Assembly (NCBI GenBank): GCA_964557125.1
Contig: CAZKYX010000002.1
Coordinates: 25,828 to 89,827, forward strand
DNA length: 64,000 nt
Source: an uncultured Gammaproteobacteria bacterium
GTDB lineage: Bacteria > Patescibacteriota > Microgenomatia > Levybacterales > GWA1-39-11
Direction: 5' to 3'
This document shows positions 35,037 to 44,611 of this stretch, in pieces. The position numbers and the translations under genes are program-made. A model generated the notes under the pieces. It searched no databases and was not told the DNA's origin. It saw only the letters and a program-made list of their open reading frames with translations. Within the stretch, counting starts at the first letter, position 1; each line of letters opens with the position of its first letter.

Positions 35037-38000
35037 ATGGAAGACAAAAACACAGAGAACAAATACAATCCACAAGAAATTGAGGCTAAATGGCAGGAGA
35101 AGTGGGAGTCTGATAAGACTTTTAGTATGGATATGGATAGGGCAGAAAACCCCTTTTATAACCTCATGATGTTCCCATACCCCTCAGCTGAAGGTCTTCA
35201 TGTAGGAAATATGTATGCTTTTACAGGGGCTGATGTGTATGCAAAATTCATGCGCATGCAAGGAAAGGATGTTCTTGAGCCTATTGGGCTTGATGGGTTT
35301 GGCATTCACTCTGAGAATTACGCCATAAAAATTGGTCGTCACCCAAAAGAACAGTCAAAAAGCGCAGAGAAGAACTTTTACCGCCAACTAAAATCTATTG
35401 GAAATTCTTTTGATTGGGATAGAACAGTTGAGACCTATAGCCCTGATTATTATAAATGGACCCAGTGGCTTTTTACTGAAATGTTCCGTAAAGGGCTTGC
35501 TTACCGTAAAACGGCCCTCGTCAACTGGTGTCCAAAAGATTTAACTGTATTGTCAGATGAGCAAGTTATTGATGGTGAATGCGAGAGGTGCAGTACAAAA
35601 GTTGAGAAGCGTGACCTTGAACAGTGGTTCTTTAGAATAACAAGCTATGCTGACAGGCTTTTAGATGGGCTTGAGAATATTGATTGGACTGAAAAGGTGA
35701 AGACAGCCCAGCGCAACTGGATAGGGAAAAGTGAGGGTGCGCAGATTGATTTTCCTGTTCTTGAGGATAGAAATTTTGTACTGTTGCATGGCTATACCGG
35801 CTCAGTTGAGGCTAATTTCTTTCCATGGCTCAAAGAGAAGCTCTCAAAAGTAAGTACTTCAGTTTGGGCTGAGAATTTGCCTCACACCAACGCACCTGAT
35901 GTAGAAAAACAAGCTCAATTTGTGCTTGATAATGCTCGTTTTGATGAGAATACAGTACTTTTAGGACATAGCTTGGGAGCTGCAGTTGCGCTTAAGGTAG
36001 TTGAGAAGCTGAAGAGCCCCATAAAAAAGCTGGTGCTTGCAGCTGGCTTCATGCAGCCCGGATTTACAGACCATGCACGGCCATTTGAGGCTAGCTTTCA
36101 TTGGGAATTTGATAGTGAAGCTATAAAGAAAAATGTGGAGGAAATAATTATCCTGCGAGCTTCAAATGACTACGCTATCCCAGCAGAACGAGCTGATTAC
36201 ATAAAATCCCAAATTGGAGGAACAATTATTGATTTTGAGGCTGAAGATGAGCATATATGTGGTGAAATTGAGCCCATTGTTCTTGACAGTCTTTGTGCAC
36301 GTCTTAAAGTCTTTACTACAAGACCAGATACCCTTTTTGGGGCTACTTTTATGGTAATAGCCCCAGAGCATCCGTTGGTTGAGGCAATGGTACATGGTAA
36401 ATGGTCAATGGCAAATACTGATGAGGTCAAAAAGTACGTAGAAGAAGTTGCCGGAAAGAGTGATATTGAGAGAACCCATGCGGCAAGCTCAGGGCAAGCA
36501 GGTTCAGCGGAGGAGAAAACAGGGGTTGATTCCGGTCTTTTTGTGCTCAATCCCGCGAATATGAAAAAAATTCCAATATGGGTGGCAGATTACGTCTTGG
36601 CTGGCTATGGGACGGGCGCCATAATGGCAGTTCCCGCTCATGACCAGAGAGACTTCGCGACTGCTAAGAAGTATGGTCTACCGATTGTCCCAGTAATTCA
36701 ACCAAAACAACCAAATGAATATAATCCAACTGAGGAGCCATATATAGGTAACGGGGAGATTATAGGCTCTGATGAGTGGAATGGTTTTCACGCGCCAAAA
36801 GATATGGGGAAAGTCATAAGTTGGCTTGAAGAAAAGGGAATTGGCCTCAAAAAGAGTAACTATCATCTTCGGGATTGGCTTATTTCAAGGCAGAGATACT
36901 GGGGGGCTCCAATTCCTATGATTTATTGTGAAGACTGTGCAAAGAGATACAAAGGTCAAGTAGAAAATATGCCCGGTTGGTATGCGGAAAAGCCTGAAAA
37001 TTTGCCCGTTCTGCTTCCGGACGTGCAAAATTGGAGACCTGAGGGGACAGGCAGCTCTCCATTAGCCTCACACCCCGAATTTTATGAGACTACTTGCCCT
37101 GAATGTAAGGGAAAAGCTCGACGAGAAACAGATGTGTCTGATACATTTTTAGATAGTTCGTGGTATTTTTTAAGATATCCATCAACTGATATAGAAAACA
37201 ATGCTTTTGATATAGAAAGGACAAGGAAGTGGCTACCGGTTAATATGTACATTGGCGGAGCTGAGCACAGTGTATTACACCTCTTGTATTCACGTTTTGT
37301 CACAATGGTATTGAAAGATTTGGGATTGGTAGAGTTTGACGAACCATTTACAAAGTTCTTTGCTCACGGGCTTATCATCAAAGATGGTGCAAAGATGAGT
37401 AAAAGCAAGGGAAATGTAGTTGTTCCAGACGAATATATAAGAAAATATGGGGCTGATAGCCTGAGAGCATACTTAATGTTTTTGGGAGCTTATTCTGATG
37501 GTGGAGATTTTCGAGATAGTGGAATAGATGGAATGCATAAATTCTTGAGAAAAGTATGGAAGTTACTTTCAAATGTCACTGCGAGCGATAGCACGGCAGT
37601 CTTTGAGGATGCAGACAAGCTTAAATTTATGCACAAAACCATCAAAAGAGTCACCAAAGACATTGGGGAATTTGGGTACAACACTGCTATTGCAGGTCTT
37701 ATGGAATGGTATAACTTCCTTATCAAACAGTTAACAATTGACAAGCAACAATTAACTAGGGAGGAGACGGAAGTATTTTTGAAGCTTTTGGCGCCTTTCG
37801 CGCCTCATATGACTGAAGAGCTGTGGCAACAAACTCAGATTACAGATTACAGACGACAGATTACAGAATCTCAGAAATCAGAGATCGGAAATCAGAAATC
37901 TATTCATTTGGAAAAGTGGCCTGAATTTGAGGAAAAATATCTCGTGTCATCAACTGCGCTTATTATCGTTCAGGTAAATGGTAAAAAGCGGGGAGAGTTG

Positions 38001-38138
38001 ACAGTTGACAGTTCACAGTTAACAGTTAACAAAGAGATTGAAGAGATGGGTAAGGAGATAGCAGCAAAATATCTTGAAGGTAATGAAGTCAAGAAAACAA
38101 TCTACGTAAAAGGAAAGATACTTAATTTTGTTATATAG
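35037..38138 (+). CDS. leuS: Leucyl-tRNA synthetase with an inserted alpha/beta-hydrolase-like domain and heptamer-encoded C-terminal inserts
   Basis: HVGN (HIGH-type), KMSKSKGN, TTRPDT editing motif, RDWLISRQRYWG. Total length 1033 aa against about 800-860 aa typical. Confidence 0.95.
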   Translation: MEDKNTENKYNPQEIEAKWQEKWESDKTFSMDMDRAENPFYNLMMFPYPSAEGLHVGNMYAFTGADVYAKFMRMQGKDVLEPIGLDGFGIHSENYAIKIGRHPKEQSKSAEKNFYRQLKSIGNSFDWDRTVETYSPDYYKWTQWLFTEMFRKGLAYRKTALVNWCPKDLTVLSDEQVIDGECERCSTKVEKRDLEQWFFRITSYADRLLDGLENIDWTEKVKTAQRNWIGKSEGAQIDFPVLEDRNFVLLHGYTGSVEANFFPWLKEKLSKVSTSVWAENLPHTNAPDVEKQAQFVLDNARFDENTVLLGHSLGAAVALKVVEKLKSPIKKLVLAAGFMQPGFTDHARPFEASFHWEFDSEAIKKNVEEIIILRASNDYAIPAERADYIKSQIGGTIIDFEAEDEHICGEIEPIVLDSLCARLKVFTTRPDTLFGATFMVIAPEHPLVEAMVHGKWSMANTDEVKKYVEEVAGKSDIERTHAASSGQAGSAEEKTGVDSGLFVLNPANMKKIPIWVADYVLAGYGTGAIMAVPAHDQRDFATAKKYGLPIVPVIQPKQPNEYNPTEEPYIGNGEIIGSDEWNGFHAPKDMGKVISWLEEKGIGLKKSNYHLRDWLISRQRYWGAPIPMIYCEDCAKRYKGQVENMPGWYAEKPENLPVLLPDVQNWRPEGTGSSPLASHPEFYETTCPECKGKARRETDVSDTFLDSSWYFLRYPSTDIENNAFDIERTRKWLPVNMYIGGAEHSVLHLLYSRFVTMVLKDLGLVEFDEPFTKFFAHGLIIKDGAKMSKSKGNVVVPDEYIRKYGADSLRAYLMFLGAYSDGGDFRDSGIDGMHKFLRKVWKLLSNVTASDSTAVFEDADKLKFMHKTIKRVTKDIGEFGYNTAIAGLMEWYNFLIKQLTIDKQQLTREETEVFLKLLAPFAPHMTEELWQQTQITDYRRQITESQKSEIGNQKSIHLEKWPEFEEKYLVSSTALIIVQVNGKKRGELTVDSSQLTVNKEIEEMGKEIAAKYLEGNEVKKTIYVKGKILNFVI

Positions 38139-38216
38139 AATATATTCTTCGACTAAGGACATAGTCCGCATGGAGAAGTTCTCGACAAGCTCGAACAATA
38201 TGTGTACGATAAATTA

Positions 38217-38852
38217 ATGGAGGATTCGTCAGGTTTTGCATCTGAAATAGCCCCATTTCTTAAAAAGAATATACTTCTCATTGTTCTCTTCGGTATTTCA
38301 GTTAGCCTCATCGGAGTTGGGGTAGTTCAGTATCTCAAGCCACAAAAACCTCAAATTGAATTTTCAAGTGCGACTTCCTCACAGGTAAAAGGTGTGACGG
38401 CTACTGGTGTCAAAATTTTAGTAGACGTTAGCGGGGAGGTTATGAGGTCTGGAGTATATGAGTTGTCAGATGGGTCACGAATTCAAGATGCGCTTGTGGC
38501 AGCTGGAGGGCTAAGTGAAAATGCAGACAGAGAATACATTTCCAAAAGAGTCAACCTTGCTCAAAAAATAACTGATGGAGCAAAGCTATATTTTCCTTCG
38601 AAAAACGAAACACCAATCACAACTACAGCAAATGACAGTACTGATTCATTCATAGATTCTGCAGTTTCTAGTGGCATTAGTATTAATTCAGCGAGTCAAT
38701 CAGAGTTGGAAAGTCTTCCCAAAATAGGAAGCGTAACTGCGCAAAAAATAATCAATGGAAGACCCTATAGTTCTGTAGAAGAATTGGTAACCAAGAAGGC
38801 AATTACCCAAAAAACTCTTGATGCAATTAAGGCAAGTATTACTGTGTATTAA
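38217..38852 (+). CDS. comEA: ComEA-type DNA-binding competence protein
   Basis: TM, SLBB-like segment, and C-terminal helix-hairpin-helix INSASQSELESLPKIGSVTAQKIINGRPY. Confidence 0.8.
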   Translation: MEDSSGFASEIAPFLKKNILLIVLFGISVSLIGVGVVQYLKPQKPQIEFSSATSSQVKGVTATGVKILVDVSGEVMRSGVYELSDGSRIQDALVAAGGLSENADREYISKRVNLAQKITDGAKLYFPSKNETPITTTANDSTDSFIDSAVSSGISINSASQSELESLPKIGSVTAQKIINGRPYSSVEELVTKKAITQKTLDAIKASITVY

Positions 38853-38853
38853 T

Positions 38854-40065
38854 ATGCGCTTGCCCTTTCTATTTCTTCTCATACTTTTTTCAATTCTTAC
38901 AACTCGTTATTTTTTCTTCTTTTCAGAACGGCACGTCTACGTTGTAGGGGATAAGATTTCGATGGAGCACACTTTTTTGCAAGAGCCAAAAAGGAATGCT
39001 TTCGGACAATATTTCTTTGTCAACGATATGCTAATTTCTCTTCCACTTGGGCAACCAATTGGGTATGGGGAAAGGGTAAAGATAAGTGGGGTAGTAACGC
39101 AAATAGAAAGCAAAGACAAAGAAGCGTTGCTAACTGTGAAAAATTCCAATGTAAAAAAACTTCCAAGAAATCAATTCTTAGCAATTACAGGCATACTCCG
39201 CCAAAAAGTAATATCTGCATTTGAAATGTATTTACCGCCAAAAGAGTCGGGACTTTTATTGGGAATAGTTCTTGGAATAAAGGACAAGATAGATACCGAA
39301 TACTATCAAAGACTACGAGATGTTGGGGTGCTCCATGTGGTTGCTGCAAGCGGAAGTAATGTGTCACTTGTGGCAGGTTTTTTGCTCGGTTTTTTCTCTC
39401 TTTTCGTGAAAAGAAGGGTTGCTATACTTTTCACGGTGCTTGGAATTTCATTTTATAGCCTCATTTCTGGCTTTGACCCACCAATTGTAAGAGCATCACT
39501 TATGGCCATCTTTGCATTTGCTGCACTTGCTTTCGGAAAACAAAATTATAGCGCATATATACTCATAGTTACTGCTTTTGTCATGCTTTTTATAAAACCA
39601 GAACTTATTTCTGATAGTGGATTTCAACTTTCCTTTGCGTCAACTGTCGGTATCATTTATATAAAGCCACTAGTAGATAGAATGATGCATTTGAAAGTAT
39701 TGAAATTTGTTAGGGATGATATAGGCACAACAGTTGCAGCACAGCTTGCTACCATTCCCATCATGCTTAGCGCATTTTCCTCGTATTCTCTGAGCTCTAT
39801 TGCCGTAAATGCTTTACTGCTTTGGACAATACCGCCACTTATGGTTGCAGGTGGACTTGCAAGCATCACTTCAATAGTATGGGCGCCATTATCCTTTCCG
39901 TTCCTTTTATTGGCTCATCCATTTTTATGGTACTTCGAGACTATAGTCGATTTGAGTTCAAAATTTGCTGGAAGGCTAGAGGTTGGCAGTATACCTGTAA
40001 CTCTTTTATGCGGATACTATCTATTATTGCTAACTTGTATTTTGGCAACGCGCAAGAAGACATGA
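38854..40065 (+). CDS. comEC: ComEC/Rec2 membrane channel portion (competence domain only)
   Basis: Polytopic protein with GLLLGIVLGIKD and GVLHVVAASGSNV, typical of the ComEC competence domain. Confidence 0.8.
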   Translation: MRLPFLFLLILFSILTTRYFFFFSERHVYVVGDKISMEHTFLQEPKRNAFGQYFFVNDMLISLPLGQPIGYGERVKISGVVTQIESKDKEALLTVKNSNVKKLPRNQFLAITGILRQKVISAFEMYLPPKESGLLLGIVLGIKDKIDTEYYQRLRDVGVLHVVAASGSNVSLVAGFLLGFFSLFVKRRVAILFTVLGISFYSLISGFDPPIVRASLMAIFAFAALAFGKQNYSAYILIVTAFVMLFIKPELISDSGFQLSFASTVGIIYIKPLVDRMMHLKVLKFVRDDIGTTVAAQLATIPIMLSAFSSYSLSSIAVNALLLWTIPPLMVAGGLASITSIVWAPLSFPFLLLAHPFLWYFETIVDLSSKFAGRLEVGSIPVTLLCGYYLLLLTCILATRKKT

Positions 40066-40904
40066 AAAAGTATTTACTGCTACTTGCACTCTCACTATTT
40101 GTACTTGGAACGACGGCGATTTATCAGTATGCAAAGTATACTGATAAAAAGCTGCATATAACGTTTTGCAATGTGGGACAAGGCGATTCGATATTTATAC
40201 GCACACCACAAGGTGCAGACATTTTAATTGACGGTGGACCAGCTTCAAATGTGCTAGATTGCCTTGCAAATCACATGCCTTTTTGGGACAGGGATATAGA
40301 AATTATCTATCTTACGCATCCAGATGCTGACCATCTCACAGGGCTTATTGATGTGTTTGAAAAGTATAATGTCCTTTATTTTGGAACAAGTGATGCGCCA
40401 AAAGATACAGATGTATTTAAGCAGTTAAACCAGCATATTGCTATGGAAAGCATCAAGAAGAATTTTATTTACAGAGGCGACAGTGTGAAATTATCTGATG
40501 GAGTTGCCATCAAAACTCTGTGGCCGACCGTTGAGTATACGCATTCAGGAGAGGAGGATACAAATAACTATTCGTTGACTCAGGACCTTTCGTATGGTAG
40601 TTTTCATGTCCTTCTGACAGGTGACATACCGTTTCAAATTTTGAATTCTATAATGCCAACTCTTACTGACATTGATGTTTTCAAGCCACCTCATCATGGG
40701 TCAAAGACCGGAGTAGACGAATATACCTTTCAGCACATACTTCCAAAAGCAGCAGTTATATCTGTTGGAAAGAAGAATAGATATGGTCATCCCAACAATG
40801 GAGTGCTTGGAATTCTACAACAAAATAATATCCCATATTATAGAACCGATGAGATGGGAGATATCGAGTTTGTAACTGATGGAAAGACGTGGAAGATTAA
40901 ATAG
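40062..40904 (+). CDS. ComEC-type metallo-beta-lactamase domain protein, separate ORF
   Basis: ATGA overlap with the previous ORF. TM, then NVGQGDSIFIRTP..ILIDGG, HPDADH and PHHGS motifs. Confidence 0.8.
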   Translation: MKKYLLLLALSLFVLGTTAIYQYAKYTDKKLHITFCNVGQGDSIFIRTPQGADILIDGGPASNVLDCLANHMPFWDRDIEIIYLTHPDADHLTGLIDVFEKYNVLYFGTSDAPKDTDVFKQLNQHIAMESIKKNFIYRGDSVKLSDGVAIKTLWPTVEYTHSGEEDTNNYSLTQDLSYGSFHVLLTGDIPFQILNSIMPTLTDIDVFKPPHHGSKTGVDEYTFQHILPKAAVISVGKKNRYGHPNNGVLGILQQNNIPYYRTDEMGDIEFVTDGKTWKIK

Positions 40905-40913
40905 GTTGTAGGT

Positions 40914-40933
40914 TGTAGGTTGTAGGTTGTAGG
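40914..40933. repeat. (GGTTGTA)n heptamer array
   Basis: ggttgtaggttgtaggttgtagg lies directly after the stop codon. Confidence 0.85.
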
Positions 40934-40936
40934 ATT

Positions 40937-41004
40937 GTCATTCCGGACTTGGTCCGGAATCTAGATCCTGAAAATAAATTACAGGATTTCGTCAGCAGAA
41001 TGAC
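40937..41004. repeat. GTCAT-capped composite palindromic element
   Basis: gtcattccggacttggtccggaatc..gatcctgaaaataaattacaggat..cgtcagcagaatgac, with terminal inverted GTCATTC/GAATGAC. Confidence 0.75.
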
Positions 41005-41235
41005 TTATTAAAGTTTTTTATCCATTCAACGAGACCATTATCTATTGCTGTGCAACGCGTTTCACGGGGGTTTGGCTGATATTTTTCTGTTATAGTGTAA
41101 ATATTATCCTGTAGGTGAATATAGCGCAGAATCAGCATAATTCTTAGAGTTCAAACGAAAATCCATTCAATGTAGATAACCTCAAACCCTACAAGCTTTA
41201 GTCTAAAAGTAATCAGTAGGTGTATAATTTCCCTC

Positions 41236-42150
41236 ATGGAAAAGGAATTGTTTGATTATGGTGCGTGGAAAGTAGGGAGAGTGGAGGAATGGAAATCTCT
41301 TCCTCAAGAACAATGGATGATGACTTTTCGGGGGAGATACGCTCACGTTGATGCGGTTATGGTAGAGCTTCTCGGATACAAAGAAGAAAAGCTTGCCGAC
41401 TTTTCTATGCTTGATGTAGCAGGTGGAGTTATGTCTTTCGGTTCACCGACTGCGCATGATACGTTCCAAAAAATGAAACAGTACGCACGAAATGTAGATA
41501 TAACAGTAGTAGACGTAAATATACCTAGTAGCCTCAAAGACGCCAATCCACACATTCGATACGAAAGAAATTTAAAGTATATTAACGAGGAGTTTGATTG
41601 TGTCAGGCTCATGCGTCTTATAGAACACACGAATGAGAAAGAGTACGCTCGTATCAAAAGAATCTCAATAAATCGTCTTTCCGAGGGAGGTCTATTTATA
41701 TCAACTCAAAGAGTAATGCAAGAATACATGAATAGTAGAGGTCAAAGCGACGTCATACACAGAGGAAATCTTATCAAAATAGCACAGAAAAGAGATAAAG
41801 AAATGGTGCCAATCATGTTGTTGCCTGATTTACCAGTACCGTCTCCAGAGGTTGATTTGGAGTTAACGAAGGATTTATTCACGAAGATGGGGGAGTATAA
41901 AAATTACAGAGAACTCGTCAAAAACGGAAGCATAAAAATTGATAGGAAGCTCAGGTGGGACAGTTACTTTAATACCCTAAGAGTCTTGGGGGATTCTGAT
42001 ATCTCTATACTCAATAGTGAAGAGAGCTTACTAAAAGCAGCCAATCACTCTGATGATGACGATTCTTATACGGCAAATTTTGAACCATATATATTAAAAC
42101 AGCTTCAAGAAAATGAAATTGATGCTCCTTTTTACTTCAGAAAAAGATAG
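41236..42150 (+). CDS. Class I SAM-dependent methyltransferase-like protein
   Basis: Motif I-like MLDVAGG and a later LSEGGLFI. The assignment is weak. Confidence 0.5.
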   Translation: MEKELFDYGAWKVGRVEEWKSLPQEQWMMTFRGRYAHVDAVMVELLGYKEEKLADFSMLDVAGGVMSFGSPTAHDTFQKMKQYARNVDITVVDVNIPSSLKDANPHIRYERNLKYINEEFDCVRLMRLIEHTNEKEYARIKRISINRLSEGGLFISTQRVMQEYMNSRGQSDVIHRGNLIKIAQKRDKEMVPIMLLPDLPVPSPEVDLELTKDLFTKMGEYKNYRELVKNGSIKIDRKLRWDSYFNTLRVLGDSDISILNSEESLLKAANHSDDDDSYTANFEPYILKQLQENEIDAPFYFRKR

Positions 42151-42313
42151 ACCCAAACAAAAGCTCTTGTTTTTTTATTGTAAGAATGCTAGCCTGAGAG
42201 TAGGTGGTAGTGAGCCCTCCAAGAGGACTAGCTATTTCATAGCGGCGTAGTGGGTAGGTAGTAGATGGGGGAATTTTTCTACAACCTAAAACCTACAACC
42301 TACAACCTAATTT

Positions 42314-42685
42314 ATGAAAAAGGTATTGCTTGTTGATGATGAAAAAGAAACCTCCGTTGTTTTTGAAACAGCTCTGCGTCAAGCGGGCTATGAGGTAAGA
42401 GTCGCGGCAAATGGTCAGTCTGCTGTTGATATGGCAAAAGCAGAGCAGTACGACCTTATACTTCTTGATCAAATGATGCCTGATAAGTCTGGCAATGATG
42501 TCCTAAGAGAGCTCAAAGCAGACCCAGCAACCGCACAAATGCCAGTAGCCATGCTTACCAATTTTGGACATGAAGAAATGGTAAAAGAGGCACTAAATGC
42601 AGGTGCAATTGACTACATCCTCAAATATCGGGTAAGTCATAGTGATTTGATAACTAAGGTAAAAAGATTGTTAGGTGAAGCCTAA
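42314..42685 (+). CDS. Stand-alone response regulator receiver (CheY-like)
   Basis: VLLVDDE, LILLDQMMPDKSG and a conserved Lys region (DYILK). Confidence 0.9.
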   Translation: MKKVLLVDDEKETSVVFETALRQAGYEVRVAANGQSAVDMAKAEQYDLILLDQMMPDKSGNDVLRELKADPATAQMPVAMLTNFGHEEMVKEALNAGAIDYILKYRVSHSDLITKVKRLLGEA

Positions 42686-42785
42686 AATTAAATTTTTAAT
42701 TTTTAATTCTTAATTTTTAATGAATTGACTCATTAGAAAATTTGAATTTGATTTAAAATTTTAAATTTGAATTTAAAAATTATTA
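42685..42785. repeat. AT-rich ~95-bp intergenic element, copy 2
   Basis: Shares the 27-nt identical tail aaaattttaaatttgaatttaaaaatt with the 50000-50090 copy. Confidence 0.7.
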
Positions 42786-42793
42786 TTACTGCC

Positions 42794-43312
42794 ATGCAGC
42801 CAGCTACAGATACAGATTATAAAAAAATGTTCTCAGAGCTTATTAAAAAGCAAATGTTGATATTGGGTCCAGATATCACCCTTGCAAAAGTAAAAAATGT
42901 CCCTGGAGTAGAAGTTGACGCAACTGGTGAGGTCATTGCAATTCAGGGAGATCCTCAAGCAACGCTTCAAGGTCTTATCAATCAATTTGTTGAGCTATCC
43001 GGAATGATTGTTAAAAAGACCATGGAGTCGATTTTGACCGCATATCCAGCACTTTCAGGCACAGCGCTTCCCAGCATGATGGGTATGGCTTCAGCTACTT
43101 CGGCAGCGGCTGTTGCACCGACACCTCCAGCGGCGCCTCCTCCTTTCGTTTCTACTGTGAGCGCAACTCCTGTAGTTGCTCCTGTAGCTAGTCAGCCCGT
43201 AAATGAACCTGCTCCCATCTCCTCAACCTCGATGGATGACCTCAACCACGCCCTTGACCAACTTGCCAATTCCCCAATAGGTTCAGAGCCGGTAAAAGCG
43301 GGGACATCATAA
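42794..43312 (+). CDS. Hypothetical protein with Ala/Pro-rich C-terminal half
   Basis: The ATG at 42794 is preferred. The ORF-track TTG start lies inside the AT-rich repeat. Confidence 0.55.
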   Translation: MQPATDTDYKKMFSELIKKQMLILGPDITLAKVKNVPGVEVDATGEVIAIQGDPQATLQGLINQFVELSGMIVKKTMESILTAYPALSGTALPSMMGMASATSAAAVAPTPPAAPPPFVSTVSATPVVAPVASQPVNEPAPISSTSMDDLNHALDQLANSPIGSEPVKAGTS

Positions 43313-43355
43313 AGAATAGCTTTACAATTGTAAGAATAACTGGTTAATATTAACT

Positions 43356-43694
43356 ATGCTTGAAAAAATAGAGTTTTTAACTGTTGTGGTAAATGGGATA
43401 TCTTTTATAGCTGCTTTTGCTGCAATTGCAGCTGCTGTCATCATGTACCAAGTTACTAAGAAATTCGGAAGTGGAATTTTAGCTAAGGGATTTCAGAGTA
43501 TCGGGACGGGAGTTCTTTTTCTTGCTCTTGGAATTATCATTGATGCTGTCAATTCTTACCTTCAAATTTCGTATAGCAATATTTTTTCAGTGAGCGTATT
43601 TCTTATTAAAGGGGTATGTTTTGTAGTTGGTACCTATATCATTGTTATTGGAAGTAAAAAGACCGCCGACCGCCTCGAGAATCTAACAAAGTAA
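43356..43694 (+). CDS. Small membrane protein (about 3-4 TM)
   Basis: Hydrophobic helices. Confidence 0.6.
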   Translation: MLEKIEFLTVVVNGISFIAAFAAIAAAVIMYQVTKKFGSGILAKGFQSIGTGVLFLALGIIIDAVNSYLQISYSNIFSVSVFLIKGVCFVVGTYIIVIGSKKTADRLENLTK

Positions 43695-44008
43695 TCAATA
43701 AATAGTTAAATGGTTAGATAGTTAAATAGCTATAAGATAAAGACTATTAACCATGCATCCATATAACTATTCAGCTATTATCTCTTATCCTATAGCTTTT
43801 TTCAGATTCAAATATTTTAAGCCCATAGTTGCACACCCTCAGAAAGAAGGAGTATAATATCCCCATTCGTTTTGTCAGTCGGCCTGTACAAACGCAGTAC
43901 TTGTTTGGCTGTCAAAACTGTACATTAATAATTCGTAGGTCAGACTAGCGTACAGCCGGTAGCGGTTAGCGTTTAGTTAAGAATTCAAACAAATCAAAGG
44001 AGAAGACC

Positions 44009-44341
44009 ATGATTCGGACGTTTACACTTTTTCTTTGCGGAATATTTTTGTCGGGACAAATCATCAGTCAGTCGGTGGCTATTGCTTTAACAGGAGGGCC
44101 CAATTCGAATTCTCTAACAGGGGGGTTAGTAGGAGTCATTCTTGCCTCACCCTTCATATTCATGCTCGTGCGATATTTGCATGGGAATAAGCAGAAGCGA
44201 CAAGTAATATCTCAAAACTGCCCTAAAAGCGGCGAACACAGATGGGGTAACCCATGGATCAATTCAGAAGGACCCGAAGGAGGAGAGTTAGGCCGTTATG
44301 GTCAAACTTGCCTCAAATGCGGAACTGAAAAATTCATTTAA
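44009..44341 (+). CDS. Membrane protein with C-terminal Cys-pair (zinc-ribbon-like)
   Basis: AAGGAG RBS, two TM helices, C..C...CLKC. Confidence 0.55.
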   Translation: MIRTFTLFLCGIFLSGQIISQSVAIALTGGPNSNSLTGGLVGVILASPFIFMLVRYLHGNKQKRQVISQNCPKSGEHRWGNPWINSEGPEGGELGRYGQTCLKCGTEKFI

Positions 44342-44350
44342 GGAGATAAG

Positions 44351-44596
44351 ATGGTAACAAGTACATCGGAAATGCTTAGCTTCTATCAAAGTGAGGTACA
44401 GCCGGCGTCAGATCGAAAAGAAGATACATGGAAAAAGTATCGGAAATTCGTAGATAATGCGATGGATGTACAGGCACTTGAAGGAAGTAGCCAAGCAAAT
44501 TCTCTGAGAGAAGCTTGGCAGAACGCAAAAGAAAAGCATACCGAATCAGTTGCAAAACTATTCAGCATGCTAGATGAGCTGGCCTTGAAGGAATAG
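44351..44596 (+). CDS. Hypothetical small protein (81 aa)
   Basis: AAGGAG RBS and operon packing. Confidence 0.55.
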   Translation: MVTSTSEMLSFYQSEVQPASDRKEDTWKKYRKFVDNAMDVQALEGSSQANSLREAWQNAKEKHTESVAKLFSMLDELALKE

Positions 44597-44611
44597 AAAA
44601 GGAAAAACGCT

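Noticed and set aside
35760-36299. The LeuRS insert as an intein or an assembly chimera.
   Set aside because: No Cys/Ser start or His-Asn end typical of inteins is present. The frame is continuous and the flanking residues are bona fide LeuRS. Assembly error cannot be excluded without reads.
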